Below, piece after piece: positions 11,902 to 24,074 of a stretch of 64,000 nt of DNA; positions within the stretch are counted from its first letter, which is position 1, and every line of letters begins with the position of its first letter. The stretch spans positions 124,001-188,000 of the forward strand of contig CBFFRQ010000017.1 of assembly GCA_965644315.1 (NCBI GenBank), in the 5' to 3' direction. Origin of the DNA: Caecitellus pseudoparvulus (lineage: Eukaryota > Protista > Bigyra: Bicosoecida). The notes below the pieces were generated by a model that was given only the letters and a program-made list of their open reading frames with translations, was not told the DNA's origin and searched no databases. Both the position numbers and the translations under genes were made by a program.

Positions 11902-14900
11902 ATGGCGGAGGCTTTGCGGGAAGAGCCCCTGCTGAACCAAAGCTGGCTGGGAAAGATTGGCGAAGAGGTTTCCAGAACCGCCCCCATCTCTAGCTTTGCC
12001 GCGCACTCCAACTTCCTGGTAGGTGCAGTGCAGCTGGAGGGTGGTCAAATTCCGTGGTGCACCGACCTCGCCCACCCCCGCAGGCTGCCGGGAAGGGCAA
12101 CGGGCAGATGACCCTGTACAATTCTGATGGAGATGTTGCAGGCTCGGTGCAGCCCTTTGCCGCCCCCGTGTGCGGCGTTGCTGTTGACGCTGCAGGCGCC
12201 TTTGCAGCGACTTGCTCTGGCGTGGCAGACGGCGCTGTGTCTTCGGGCGGGCAAGATGCAGCGTCAGCGACTGTCCAACTGACGCGCATCGCCAGCGGCA
12301 AGTCGAGCGCCTTCACGCTGCCTGAGCCTGTCACGTGCGTTGCCTTTCCGCCAGACTTCAGCGTGGAGAGCAACCACTCGCTGTGGGTCGGCACTGCGGC
12401 AGGAGGTGTGTATCGAGTTCGCAAGCAAGGCTCTGGCTGGTTCGCCCGCGATGCCTGCGAAGAGTTGTGTCGAGAAAAGGGAGCAGTGTTTGCGGTGCAG
12501 CAGCATGGCAGTCGCCTGGCGTGGGTTTCCTGCCGAGGAGTCAAGGTGCAAGACTTGGGCAGCAAGCAACGCGTGCTGGTGGACAAGCCAGCCCTGGAGC
12601 CTGCCGTGGCGGCATGCATTGGGATGCGGGCGCCACCACGCCTCCAGTGGCTGGGGCCCCATGCCCTGGCAGCAGCCTGGAGCGACACACTGCATGTGTA
12701 CCTCCTCCTGCCAGGCAGGGACCCCGCACGTACCGCCACCTTCAAGCTGCACGGGCACGTTGTCGGCCTGGCACCGTATGGTCCGTCGTTCCTGGCTGCA
12801 GTGGTCATGAGCGGCGAAGCCCACCCACTGCAGCTCTGCATCTTGCCGCGTGTTCGGCGGGGGGATGCACAGCCTGCTCACACGACACAACTGCCTCTCC
12901 CGTCGCACGCTCAGCCAATCCTGCCGAAAGATGTGTCCCTTGCATTCATTGACCGTGGGGGTTCAGCCCCTGTCAAAGAGAAGGAGGGCACCGCGGGAAC
13001 TTCGAGTGCGCTGCCTGATCTGCTCGTAGCCAGCGGGGGCGGCATTACCCGCTTGCAGCCCCGGACACCTCTCGACCACGTGGACTGGTGCTTCCTGCAC
13101 GGGCTGTACACGCGTGCACTTGTGACAGCAAGACGCCTCGGGCACGTTCCTGCCCAGCGAGCAGTGCAACTCTTGCAGTCCCACGTGGGGGCGTGCTTCG
13201 TACACGGAGCAGCCAGCGACGCCCTACGCACACTGGACCCGGCTCTCCTGTGGGCACTGCCGGAAGGACGAGCTCTCCCGACGTATGCGTCCGGCGGCAG
13301 CAGCAGCGGCGTGCTGCAGTCCCTTTCAGACCTGTTCACCTTCAAGCCCGCAGGAGATGCGGCAGCGGAGCACGGCAGTGCTCTTTTGCGGTACACAGGC
13401 CACGCTCGCAGCTACCGGCTGCAGTGGTTGGCGTGGACAGCGGTGTGCTGTGGACTGGTGCCCATCCTCTCCCTCAGCCAGGAGCCAGAGGATGCGTTGT
13501 GGGCCACAGCACTGGATGCACAAGGCAGCCTTGCGAATCTCGCAGCGCACGCAGGCACGCTGGCTGCTCGTGGGGTTGCCTTGGCACCTGACACGCCGGC
13601 AGCGACGGTGGACCGGGCTGTGGCACGTCTACGCACGAGGCTTTCCAAGCAGAGTGCAGCGGAAGCCAGCAAGGCGGATGAGCTTGTGAAGGATGAAGGG
13701 GACCGGGGGCAGTGCGTGTGGGGTGTGCTGCAGGCAGGCATGCTTCGTGCCATCACCGCCAAGCCTTTGTGGGTGGCGTCGGCAAAAGCTCAGGATGCGT
13801 TGGTGAGCGCACTGTTGGAAGCCATTCCTCTGGTCACCCCACCATTGCCGCTCCTCGTGTATGAAGCCCTCCTGCACCACATCACATGGCACAGACCTGA
13901 AGTGTTGCAACAGTGCTTGCTCGCTTGGTCGGCTGTGCGTGGGGAGCGTGGCGGGGAGGCTTGCCTGTATGACGTCCCGTCCATTGTAGCCATGCTGCAA
14001 GACGCCCTGCGCCACCGCTCACGGGCGGCGGCGGAGTCGCCTGGGGAGGAGGGAGTCACCTTCTCCGTGCCGCCCTACGTACCCTCCAAAGCAGCGACAC
14101 ACGAGCTGCACATGGCTTTCGCATGTTCACACGTTCCTTGCCCTGTCGTGCACTTTCCACAGCCACCATCTGGCCCCAACGTCGCAGTGGAGCCATGGAG
14201 CGAAGCGCAGGATTGGCCAGACCAGGCGGAGGCCGAAGCTGGCCCGCCCCGCTCTGGCGGCGCGCTCCAAACCGAGCCCCTGCAGCGCGTGCGCCAGGAA
14301 GACAGTGTGCTCTTCCAAAGCAACACAGTGAAGCTCCTGGACGCGCTGGCCGAACTGCTCATGCGAACAGGCCAGCACAAGTTAGCGCTTCGCGTCATTT
14401 TACAGCGGGCAGCGGCGTCGCCACACGACACACGCCCACCTCACGAACAGCCAGTTGCGGCAGCTGGGCAGTCCGGTGCTCGACGGGACGCCATGTCCTT
14501 GCTGCCTCCCTCCTCAGGCCAGTATTCCTTCGTGTTCCGCATCATCCGAGGGCAGGGCCTGCAAGCCGAAGTGGCCAACAGTGTGCGCGAACTGACAGCG
14601 CTGGACGCTCGGGCGGCACTGACGTACCTGGCCGCCAACAGGCGCTCCGCTCCTCCTCTCGTTGTCGCAGAGCAGCTGCTCGGCTGTTCCGTCGCGACTC
14701 CGGGGATCCCTGAAGCGCTCTCCGTGGAAGAAGTCCTGACTGCCTCGGGGGCGACTCCTGAACACCTGAAGCAACTAGTCACGTACTTCCTAATCCTGCG
14801 GCAACAGCCCAGCACGTGGGAGGCAGTGTGTCGACCAGAGGGTGCTCCATGGCTGACCCTCGTGGGGTCCTTGCTCGCCCACTTTCTGCCCGAAGACTTT

Positions 14901-15995
14901 CTGCCTTTCCTGCAAGCCTGCAAGCAGGTGGATGACGGGCACTTGCTCCGGGTCGTGCAGAAACTGAACGCCTCCTCCGGAGACAGGTGGCTGGAAATCG
15001 CGTTCCTGCTGCAGCGTACAGGTGCCTTGAGTGCCTCCCTGGACCTCCTCGTCGGCAGGCTGCAAGACGTCGCGCAGGCGGTCAAGTTCGTGCAGCTGGT
15101 GGAGGAGTCTGCAGCCCCCAAGCCTCGGCCCAAGCACGGGCATGTGGGGCACCTTCCACCTGTGGACTCCCACTGGGGGGCCTTGCTGCAGCGCATCGCC
15201 GACGCGCCAGAAAGTGAGCAGCCGCACCTGTGGGCGCAGCTTCTGGATGAGCTGCCGCATGCAGGGCACTTGCAGGCTGGGCCTGCCCTCGCTGCCATCA
15301 CATCCCTGCAGCCTATCCCCGGCGTCGTGGCTCGGCTCGTGGGGCTGCTCCGGGCGCAACGACACACTGAAAGCATGCATGGCACTGTGCTGGAGGGCGC
15401 CAAGCAGGAGCTGTCTGAGAAACACCTTGACTTCATGTTCGCTGTGTCGCGCGGAGTGTTCGTGCCGCACGACGCCGCCTGCAGCCTCTCCGGGCTCCCG
15501 CTGTCCGCATCTGGCGCAGGGGACACAGCCCCAGGCATGCTCCGTGACGACGTCGGGGACGCGAACCACCTCCGGGCCGCGCTCGAGCGCATGCAAGCGT
15601 TCCGCGAGCGGCAGGCACGCCTCAGCGCAACTTGGGAGGGCACGGGTACGACTGCGTCGTCCGTCAGCTCGGGCCAGAGCAGCGTCCCAGCACCCAGGGC
15701 GGCTGTTAGCTCTGCCCCCCCGACTTCCACAGCCCCTGCTCACTGGCAGCGAGCGCGGCGGTCCAGAGGCAGCTCAGCTGGCTCCTTCAGTGGCAGCTTG
15801 CGTGGCTTGCCAGGCGATGGCCAGGGCAACGCACTGTCTGCAGCAGACGCCATCATCACGTGGTCGGGACAGCACTACCTCGTGGGGGCCCTCCGGCGGC
15901 ACGCTCCAGTCGCTTCGTCCCAGCTCCAAGCGAAAGGTGGCCTCGCGCTCCCCACCGGGCTGCTTCGACAAGACGAAGGGGCTGATGGTGACTAG
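11902..15995 (+). CDS. VPS41: Vps41-like HOPS subunit (WD40 propeller + CHCR solenoid + degenerate RING), divergent
   Basis: Exon 1 MAEALREEPLL..., intron 12019-12083. WD-like N-terminus, PRTPLDHVDW motif, clathrin-repeat-like EIAFLLQRTG...LQDVAQAVKFVQ, and C-terminal RGVFVPHDAACSLSG. Confidence 0.7.
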
Positions 15996-16222
15996 ACCAG
16001 GCCCGTGCCTCTGCAAAATTGTAATGCATGTACGCAACGGCGTGCTTCTTGGTGCTCCTTTACACGGGACACTGCGGGTACATGTGTCACTCGCCCTCCA
16101 GGGCCGGGGCACACTGAGAGGTCTGCCACAACAGCGCCAGAGCCAGCCGGCACTGCCCTCTGCCACGTACCCCCTGAATCTGGGCGGCTTGGGCGCTTGG
16201 TGCTGAAAGGCTCATTGATTGC

Positions 16223-19200
16223 GATGGATTTCATATCGACTTTGAAGAAGACTGCGTCAGAAGTCGCCACCTCAGCCCGTGGTGCCTTGCAAATGGTGCG
16301 AGCGTTGCTTCGCAATTTCCGCACTGGACACTGCACCGCACGCAGTCGCTGTCCCCCATCACGCCCAGGGCGAGAGTGATGCGAGTGAGCGGGCTCCATT
16401 TACTCCAGCAAGGGCTGCAGCTGCAAGCCCAGGATCGACGCCTGCGCGGGGGCTTGAGGACCTCACGCACGAGCAGCTGCTGGTCTACACACGGAAGCTG
16501 GTGGCCAAGCATCGCGCATTGCTCAAGCAGCACAAGGCCACTGCTGAGGAGCACGACGTCATGTCCAGGTTCATTGATATGTCTTTGCCCCCCCTTAGCC
16601 CTGCAAACACCCCAGAGAAACACAAGTCACAGTGGACTGACGAGCTGCTCCGGGCTCGATGGCTCTCTCACCTGCAGGCCATGGATGCGGCTTCTCAGGC
16701 GCAGCATGAGCCGGCAGAAGCAGAGGAAGACTTGCTCGGACTGTCAACTCCCCCTGCTGATGCAACGGAGTCGCTGCGAGCAGCTTTGGCGGCCAGCAAG
16801 GCAGACAACGAGAAACTCATGAGCAAACTCCGCGCGCTTGTCGATAAGTTCAAAGCCCAGCGCGCTGAGCTAGAGGCTGCAAAGGCGCCCCATGCTGCAG
16901 CTGGACAAAGCGGCCAAGATGCCAGTGATGATGTGGGAAAAGATCAAGCCGCTGTCGACGCCTGCAAGGAGCTAGAGGCGGCGAAGGTGGAGATCCAGCA
17001 GTTGAAGCTGCAGCTGGAGTCGGTGGACACGGGCGCGTCCTCCCGGCAGGCAGAGCGGGTGCTGGCGCTGGAGGAGCTGCTTGAAGCCGCGAAGCTGCGG
17101 GAGAGCGAGCTTCAGCTCTTGCTGGACCAGGCTCAAAAACAGCTCAAGGTGCATGAAGGCCCCGTCTCAGACTCCGGCTCCGCTGCCTCCGCCATGCAAG
17201 CCGAGCTGGACGCCGCCCGTGATCAAGCCGACAAACTCATGCTGGAGCTAGGTGACACGCAACGGGCTTTGCGTGATGCACAGAATGACGTTGCTTCTCT
17301 CAATGACAAGGTCTCTGGACTTGAATGGGAGCTGGACGATGTCGCAGCAGCCCTGCAAAGCGCAAAGCAGCCTCCAGCAACAGGCACATCAGAGAGACCC
17401 AGAAGCACTATACAGCAACTTGCAAGTTCCACAAGGCGAGATCTTGTGCTTGCTCAGCAGGAATGTGAAGAAATCCGGGCTACCAACGCGCAGCTGTCCA
17501 AGCGGGTGTCTGAGCTGGAGGGGCAGGTGGCACAGGCGCGTGACGATGCGGCGGCTGCGGCGGCTGCGGCGGCTGCGGCAGCTGAGGGTGACAGTGAGGC
17601 GGCGGCTGCCTTGGCCACTGTGACGGGTGAGCGTGACGAGCTGTCCAAGCGGGTGTCTGAGCTGGAGGGGCAGGTGGCACAGGCGCGTGACGATGCGGCG
17701 GCTGCGGCGGCTGCGGCAGCTGAGGGTGACAGTGAGGCGGCGGCTGCCTTGGCCACTGTGACGGGTGAGCGTGACGAGCTGTCCAAGCGGGTGTCTGAGC
17801 TGGAGGGGCAGGTGGCACAGGCGCGTGACGATGCGGCGGCTGCGGCGGCTGCGGCAGCTGAGGGTGACAGTGAGGCGGCGGCTGCCTTGGCCTCTGTGAC
17901 GGGTGAGCGTGACGAGCTGTCCAAGCGGGTGTCTGAGCTGGAGGGGCAGGTGGCACAGGCGCGTGACGATGCGGCGGCTGCGGCGGCTGCGGCAGCTGAG
18001 GGTGACAGTGAGGCGGCGGCTGCCTTGGCCACTGTGACGGGTGAGCGTGACGAGCTGTCCAAGCGGGTGTCTGAGCTGGAGGGGCAGGTGGCACAGGCGC
18101 GTGACGATGCGGCGGCTGCGGCGGCTGCGGCAGCTGAGGGTGACAGTGAGGCGGCGGCTGCCTTGGCCACTGTGACGGGTGAGCGTGACGAGCTGTCCAA
18201 GCGGGTGTCTGAGCTGGAGGGGCAGGTGGCACAGGCGCGTGACGATGCGGCGGCTGCGGCGGCTGCGGCAGCTGAGGGTGACAGTGAGGCGGCGGCTGCC
18301 TTGGCCACTGTGACGGGTGAGCGTGACGAGCTGTCCAAGCGGGTGTCTGAGCTGGAGGGGCAGGTGGCACAGGCGCGGGACGATGCGGCGGCTGCGGCGG
18401 CTGCGGCGGCTGAGGGTGACAGTGAGGCGGCGGCTGCCTTGGCCACTGTGACGGGTGAGCGTGACGAGCTGTCCAAGCGGGTGTCTGAGCTGGAGGGGCA
18501 GGTGGCACAGGCGCGTGACGATGCGGCGGCTGCGGCGGCTGCGGCAGCTGAGGGTGACAGTGAGGCGGCGGCTGCCTTGGCCACTGTGACGGGTGAGCGT
18601 GACGAGCTGTCCAAGCGGGTGTCTGAGCTGGAGGGGCAGGTGGCACAGGCGCGGGACGATGCGGCGGCTGCGGCGGCTGCGGCGGCTGAGGGTGACAGTG
18701 AGGCGGCGGCTGCCTTGGCCACTGTGACGGGTGAGCGTGACGAGCTGTCCAAGCGGGTGTCTGAGCTGGAGGGGCAGGTGGCACAGGCGCGTGACGATGC
18801 GGCGGCTGCGGCGGCTGCGGCAGCTGAGGGTGACAGTGAGGCGGCGGCTGCCTTGGCCTCTGTGACGGGTGAGCGTGACGAGCTGTCCAAGCGGGTGTCT
18901 GAGCTGGAGGGGCAGGTGGCACAGGCGCGTGACGATGCGGCGGCTGCGGCGGCTGCGGCAGCTGAGGGTGACAGTGAGGCGGCGGCTGCCTTGGCCTCTG
19001 TGACGGGTGAGCGTGACGAGCTGTCCAAGCGGGTGTCTGAGCTGGAGGGGCAGGTGGCACAGGCGCGTGACGATGCGGCGGCTGCGGCGGCTGCGGCGGC
19101 TGAGGGTGACAGTGAGGCGGCGGCTGCCTTGGCCACTGTGACGGGTGAGCGTGACGAGCTGTCCAAGCGGGTGTCTGAGCTGGAGGGGCAGGTGGCACAG

Positions 19201-21684
19201 GCGCGTGACGATGCGGCGGCTGCGGCGGCTGCGGCAGCTGAGGGTGACAGTGAGGCGGCGGCTGCCTTGGCCACTGTGACGGGTGAGCGTGACGAGCTGT
19301 CCAAGCGGGTGTCTGAGCTGGAGGGGCAGGTGGCACAGGCGCGTGACGATGCGGCGGCTGCGGCGGCTGCGGCAGCTGAGGGTGACAGTGAGGCGGCGGC
19401 TGCCTTGGCCACTGTGACGGGTGAGCGTGACGAGCTGTCCAAGCGGGTGTCTGAGCTGGAGGGGCAGGTGGCACAGGCGCGTGACGATGCGGCGGCTGCG
19501 GCGGCTGCGGCGGCTGCGGCAGCTGAGGGTGACAGTGAGGCGGCGGCTGCCTTGGCCACTGTGACGGGTGAGCGTGACGAGCTGTCCAAGCGGGTGTCTG
19601 AGCTGGAGGGGCAGGTGGCACAGGCGCGTGACGATGCGGCGGCTGCGGCGGCTGCGGCAGCTGAGGGTGACAGTGAGGCGGCGGCTGCCTTGGCCACTGT
19701 GACGGGTGAGCGTGACGAGCTGTCCAAGCGGGTGTCTGAGCTGGAGGGGCAGGTGGCACAGGCGCGTGACGATGCGGCGGCTGCGGCGGCTGCGGCGGCT
19801 GCGGCAGCTGAGGGTGACAGTGAGGCGGCGGCTGCCTTGGCCACTGTGACGGGTGAGCGTGACGAGCTGTCCAAGCGGGTGTCTGAGCTGGAGGGGCAGG
19901 TGGCACAGGCGCGTGACGATGCGGCGGCTGCGGCGGCTGCGGCAGCTGAGGGTGACAGTGAGGCGGCGGCTGCCTTGGCCACTGTGACGGGTGAGCGTGA
20001 CGAGCTGTCCAAGCGGGTGTCTGAGCTGGAGGGGCAGGTGGCACAGGCGCGTGACGATGCGGCGGCTGCGGCGGCTGCGGCGGCTGCGGCAGCTGAGGGT
20101 GACAGTGAGGCGGCGGCTGCCTTGGCCACTGTGACGGGTGAGCGTGACGAGCTGTCCAAGCGGGTGTCTGAGCTGGAGGGGCAGGTGGCACAGACACGTG
20201 ACGATGCGGCGGCTGCGACTGAGGCCAAGGAAGTTGCTGAAGCTGAGCTACTTCCGACTTTGGAACGCTTGGAGAAGTGTCAAGATCGCCTTACCCGCTT
20301 CGTGCCTGTGCACAAGAAGCTCGTTGCCAAGGAAGAGAAGTGCAGGAAGTCGCTTGGCATGGCCGAGGAGCGATGCAACACACTGAGTGCGGAGTTGGAG
20401 GAGGCCAAGCTGACATTGTCGAAACTGGAAGCAGCTTCATCAAGTAAAGATTCGAAGTGTGAGGAACTTGCACAGCAAGTGCAGGAGTTGGAAGGTCGAG
20501 TGTCTACTGGAGCTCGAGCGTTAGCTGAAGCGCGGACAGAAGTAAAGGAGGTGCAATTGCAGCTTCAAGGCGCCCAGAGTGAGTTGGAGAGTACACGAAA
20601 GCAGGCAGATGCTGCTTCAGCCTCAAGTGCAGAGATAGATGCGCTGAAGAAGCAGCAAGCGGCTACGAAAGAGCAGCTGGCAGCGATGCAGCAAGAGAAG
20701 GAGCAATTGCGGGACAAGGCCGCAGAGCTGAGCGCTGCGCTAGCCAAACAGGAGGGGGAGTTGTCTTCCGCCCGCCAGAAGGCCGAGGAAGCGGAGTCCA
20801 CGCTTGCAGCCGTCATGGAGGCCAACTCAACTTACGCAGATGAGGTGCGGCAGCTGACCGAAGCCAAGGAAGCTGCAGAGGCGGAGGCTGCAGGCCTGAA
20901 GGAGGCGCAGAGGGAGCTAGGCGCTGCCCTCCAGAGCGCAAAGAGCCGTGCTGCTCAAGCTGAAGCAGCGAACAGCGCTTCCTCTGCGGCCTCCATGAGC
21001 GCGAGCTCCGAGGTGGCCGCGCTCAAGGGGCAGCTGGAAGAAGCCAAGGCCGCCGGGAAGGCTGCCACTGCTTCCCTTCGCAAAGCCCTGGCAGCGACGA
21101 AGCAGGAGCTTGAGGAAGCCAGGCACTCAGCGGGGCAGAGCACTGCGGTGGTGGCGGGTTCCCAGCGAGAGTTGGAAGATGCCCTGGCCAGTGTGCGAGG
21201 AGAGCGGGACGAACTCGCCCGTCAGCTGGCAGCAACCCAGCAAGCACTGGCTGCGAGCACAAGCCATGCGTCACCAGCATTGCAAGGCAAGACGGGTGAT
21301 GCGCTGGAGGGTGCGCCGGCGTCCCTGGACGGGGCTGCCGGGACAGGTGTGCTCTCCAGACTGGCTTCTCAGTCTGCAGCCCAGGCGCCAGACCTCGCTG
21401 CGAATATGGCAGACGTGACGAACGCTGACAAGGCTATCATAAACAGCATTCGCAGACATGCCGAGTCTGCAGTCAGGAGCATGCGCAGTCGTCTGAGGCG
21501 TGCCGAGGCTGAGCGCGAAGCGTCCCGGGCCGAAGCTGAGGCGGCAGCAAGCCGCGTTGACAAGCTGGAACTGTTGCTGGCCGACTTGCGGGGGCAACTG
21601 CGTACGGCCACGGGGCAGATTGAAGCTGGTAAGCTGCAAATCGGGCAGCTGTCGTCCATGCTAGCCGCTCGGGCCATGGGGTGA
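16223..21684 (+). CDS. Very long coiled-coil protein (golgin/tether-like) with an internal 46/49-aa tandem repeat
   Basis: ATG 16223 (MDFISTLKKTASEV), one 5' intron (about 16296-16368), then a long heptad-rich E/A/L/K/Q ORF. No catalytic motif recognised. Confidence 0.75.
17494..20220 (+). repeat. Coding tandem repeat: 19 full units (15 x 138 bp, 4 x 147 bp) plus a partial 20th
   Basis: Unit encodes ELSKRVSELEGQVAQARDD(A)9/12EGDSEAAAALATVTGERD. Unit starts at 17494, 17641, 17779 ... 20005, 20152. Copies are nearly identical at DNA level. Confidence 0.97.
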
Positions 21685-21731
21685 AGAATCGGGAACACAG
21701 ACAAGTGCATTGGCGGCAGCTGGCAGCAGAG

Positions 21732-23766
21732 TCACAGCTTGGCCTGTCCAGCGATGATCTCGCCCCAGGCGTGGGGGGTCAGTCGGGAGTACGTGGCGAG
21801 TTTGGCATCCAGGATAAACACTGGGTCTGGCACGACGGTGGGATCTGCACCATCTCGCCTCAAGGCCACCTTTTGGTGCTTGAACGTGCTGGTCACTGGC
21901 TGAGCCGGCAGCAGGCGCACGAAGATGGGCAGCGCATACTTGGGCAGGCCACCTATGGCGCGAGTTGCGACGTCGTTCAGCTCCAAGGGCTGCCCTGTCG
22001 CATGATCACTCGTGGAGATGACTGAGCCGGCCAGGGACACGTCACCCGACGGCACAATCGCGGCGCAGCCTGCGCGCCCATCGTGCCCTGGCACGGCAAC
22101 GCCGTACACATTCACGTCTGCGACGCCGGGCACTTGGGAGACCACTTCAGCCACCTCTGTCGTGGCCACATTCTCACCGTGCCACCGGAAGGTGTCCCCA
22201 ATGCGGTCGCTGAAGTGGATGTACCCCCCCGCATCACGCCGGAGCAGGTCACCCGAACGGAAATACACGTCGCCAACGGCAAAAACGTCCCGGAGCAGCT
22301 TCTTCGCATTGGCCCCGCTCTTCTCCCCACCTGCGTAGCCTTTGAACGAGGACGTCGGGTCCCGTGCGGAAATGACGCCCAGCATTTCCCCTGCCTCCCC
22401 TGGACGGCACTCGATGCAGCGGCCGGACGGCGCCCGCACCACCTCCTCTGTGTCCATGTCGAAGCGGACGATGGGGAACTTCTTCGTCATGTGGGCCAGT
22501 GCTCCCAGGCGCCCCACAGCGCCCATGCCCGGCCACGAGGCGAGGGGTGGCTTGCCTTCGTCGTTCAAGGCCATTGCAGCTGGCGGTGTGTGGCAGTGGT
22601 TCCACAGGTTCACGTTGCCCTCAGTGGCGGCGTAAAACTCGCCGATTTCAGCGATACCGAACCTGGCCACGAACTTGGGCCACACGTCCGGGCGCAGGCC
22701 GTTGCCGAATGCCAGACGCAGCCGGTGCTGGCGCTCCAGTGGATGCGGCGGCCCAGCCGCCAAGTAGCGGCAGAGCTCCCCGATGTACTGCACGACAGTG
22801 GCACCTGTCGTGGCCACGTCATCCCAAAAGGCGCTCAGCGAGAACTTTTCGCGCAGGGCCAGCGTCGTGCCTTGCGTCATGAGCAGTGACTGCGCAATGA
22901 TGCCGGCTGCCGAGTGAAAGAGGGGCAGCACCTCGTACAGGATATCGTCGCCCCGGATGCCGAACAGCACGTGGTACACCAGACCAGCCAGCAAGAGCTT
23001 GGAGTGTGGGACAGGACACGCCTTGTTCAGGCCTGTCGTGCCTGACGAATAAATGTACCCGAAGGTGTCCAGCGGACCCACCCCTGCTCGCAGCAGGCGG
23101 GAGGGGCGGCTGTCACTGGCTTTGCCGGCACACACCCCGACATCCACTTCCTGCAAGCCACTTGGCAGCTTGTCTGTGTGTTTTCCTGACCCTTGTGTAG
23201 CCAAAGGCAGCAAGGCGAAGGCCATGCCGGGGAGTGAGGAGGCAATGCCTTCTGCGACACCTGCCACGGCGGGGCGCAGCGTCTCTTCATAGATGAGTGC
23301 CCGAGGGGACACGATGCGGACGCAGTGGCTCAGGCGCTTGCCTGTGAGAGCAGTGTTGATGAAGGCACACTTCACACCGAGCTTAGCCAGGCCAACCCAC
23401 AGGGCAATGAACTCTGGGCGGTTGTTCACGAGGAGGGCCGCTGTGTCGCCAGCTGTCAGGCGCAAGGAGGCTGCCGCCCAGTTGGCGATGCGGTTGGCAG
23501 CGGCATCCATGTCAGCGAAGGTGAAGGAGTGGCCCTTGAACATCACCGCCACCTTAAAGGGCCAGGCATCCACGGCGTCCTCCCACATGTCCGCCACCGT
23601 GCGCCCGGTGCTTGCATACTGCCTCAGTCTGCAGCACCACTCGAGGGTTGCGTGGCCGTGAGGGCAAAGTCGCGAAAACAAGGGTGGGAAGCGGGGTCAC
23701 TCACAGCAGCTGGGCCGCCAGGGAGGCACGCGCAAGGTTCAGGTCATTGCAGATGCCGAGGTCCAT
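21732..23766 (-). CDS. Fatty acid transport protein / very-long-chain acyl-CoA synthetase (SLC27/FATP family)
   Basis: AMP-binding YIYSSGTTG, QYIGELCRYL, AFGNGLRPDVW, EFYAATEGN, and FATP signature SGDLLRRD...DRIGDTFRWHGENVATTEV. One 5' intron. An alternative in-frame ATG lies at 23880. Confidence 0.93.
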
Positions 23767-24074
23767 GGCGGTGTGGCGTGGTGTGCATGTGCAGTGCAGG
23801 TGGTGCTTCACCCTGCTCAATGGCAGGGCGGAAGGCAAGCAGAGAAAGGGCCACGTCAAAAACCTCAGCCATGCAAACATTATGAACCTTTTGCTTTGGG
23901 GGCACTAAATATAGTGCGGCAGCTTTTGTAGCGTCATTGGAGCAGCGGAGGTAGGCAGGAGAGGCCTCCAACGCCAACGAAACTCCGTGGCGCTGAAGCC
24001 AGCAGAAGGCGCGTCAAGACGTCTCACAGCGCGCCTGTAGCAAAGCCGATCACAGCCAAGCTGAACGCGCACCC

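Noticed and set aside
17494-20220. CRISPR array interpretation of the tandem repeat
   Set aside because: No unique spacers, in-frame coding, eukaryotic context, and no cas genes.
17454-20228. 924-aa and 905-aa reverse-strand repeat ORFs (Pro/His/Gln-rich)
   Set aside because: By-product of a stop-free repeat unit whose length is a multiple of 3. They end at the array boundaries, whereas the + frame continues on both sides.
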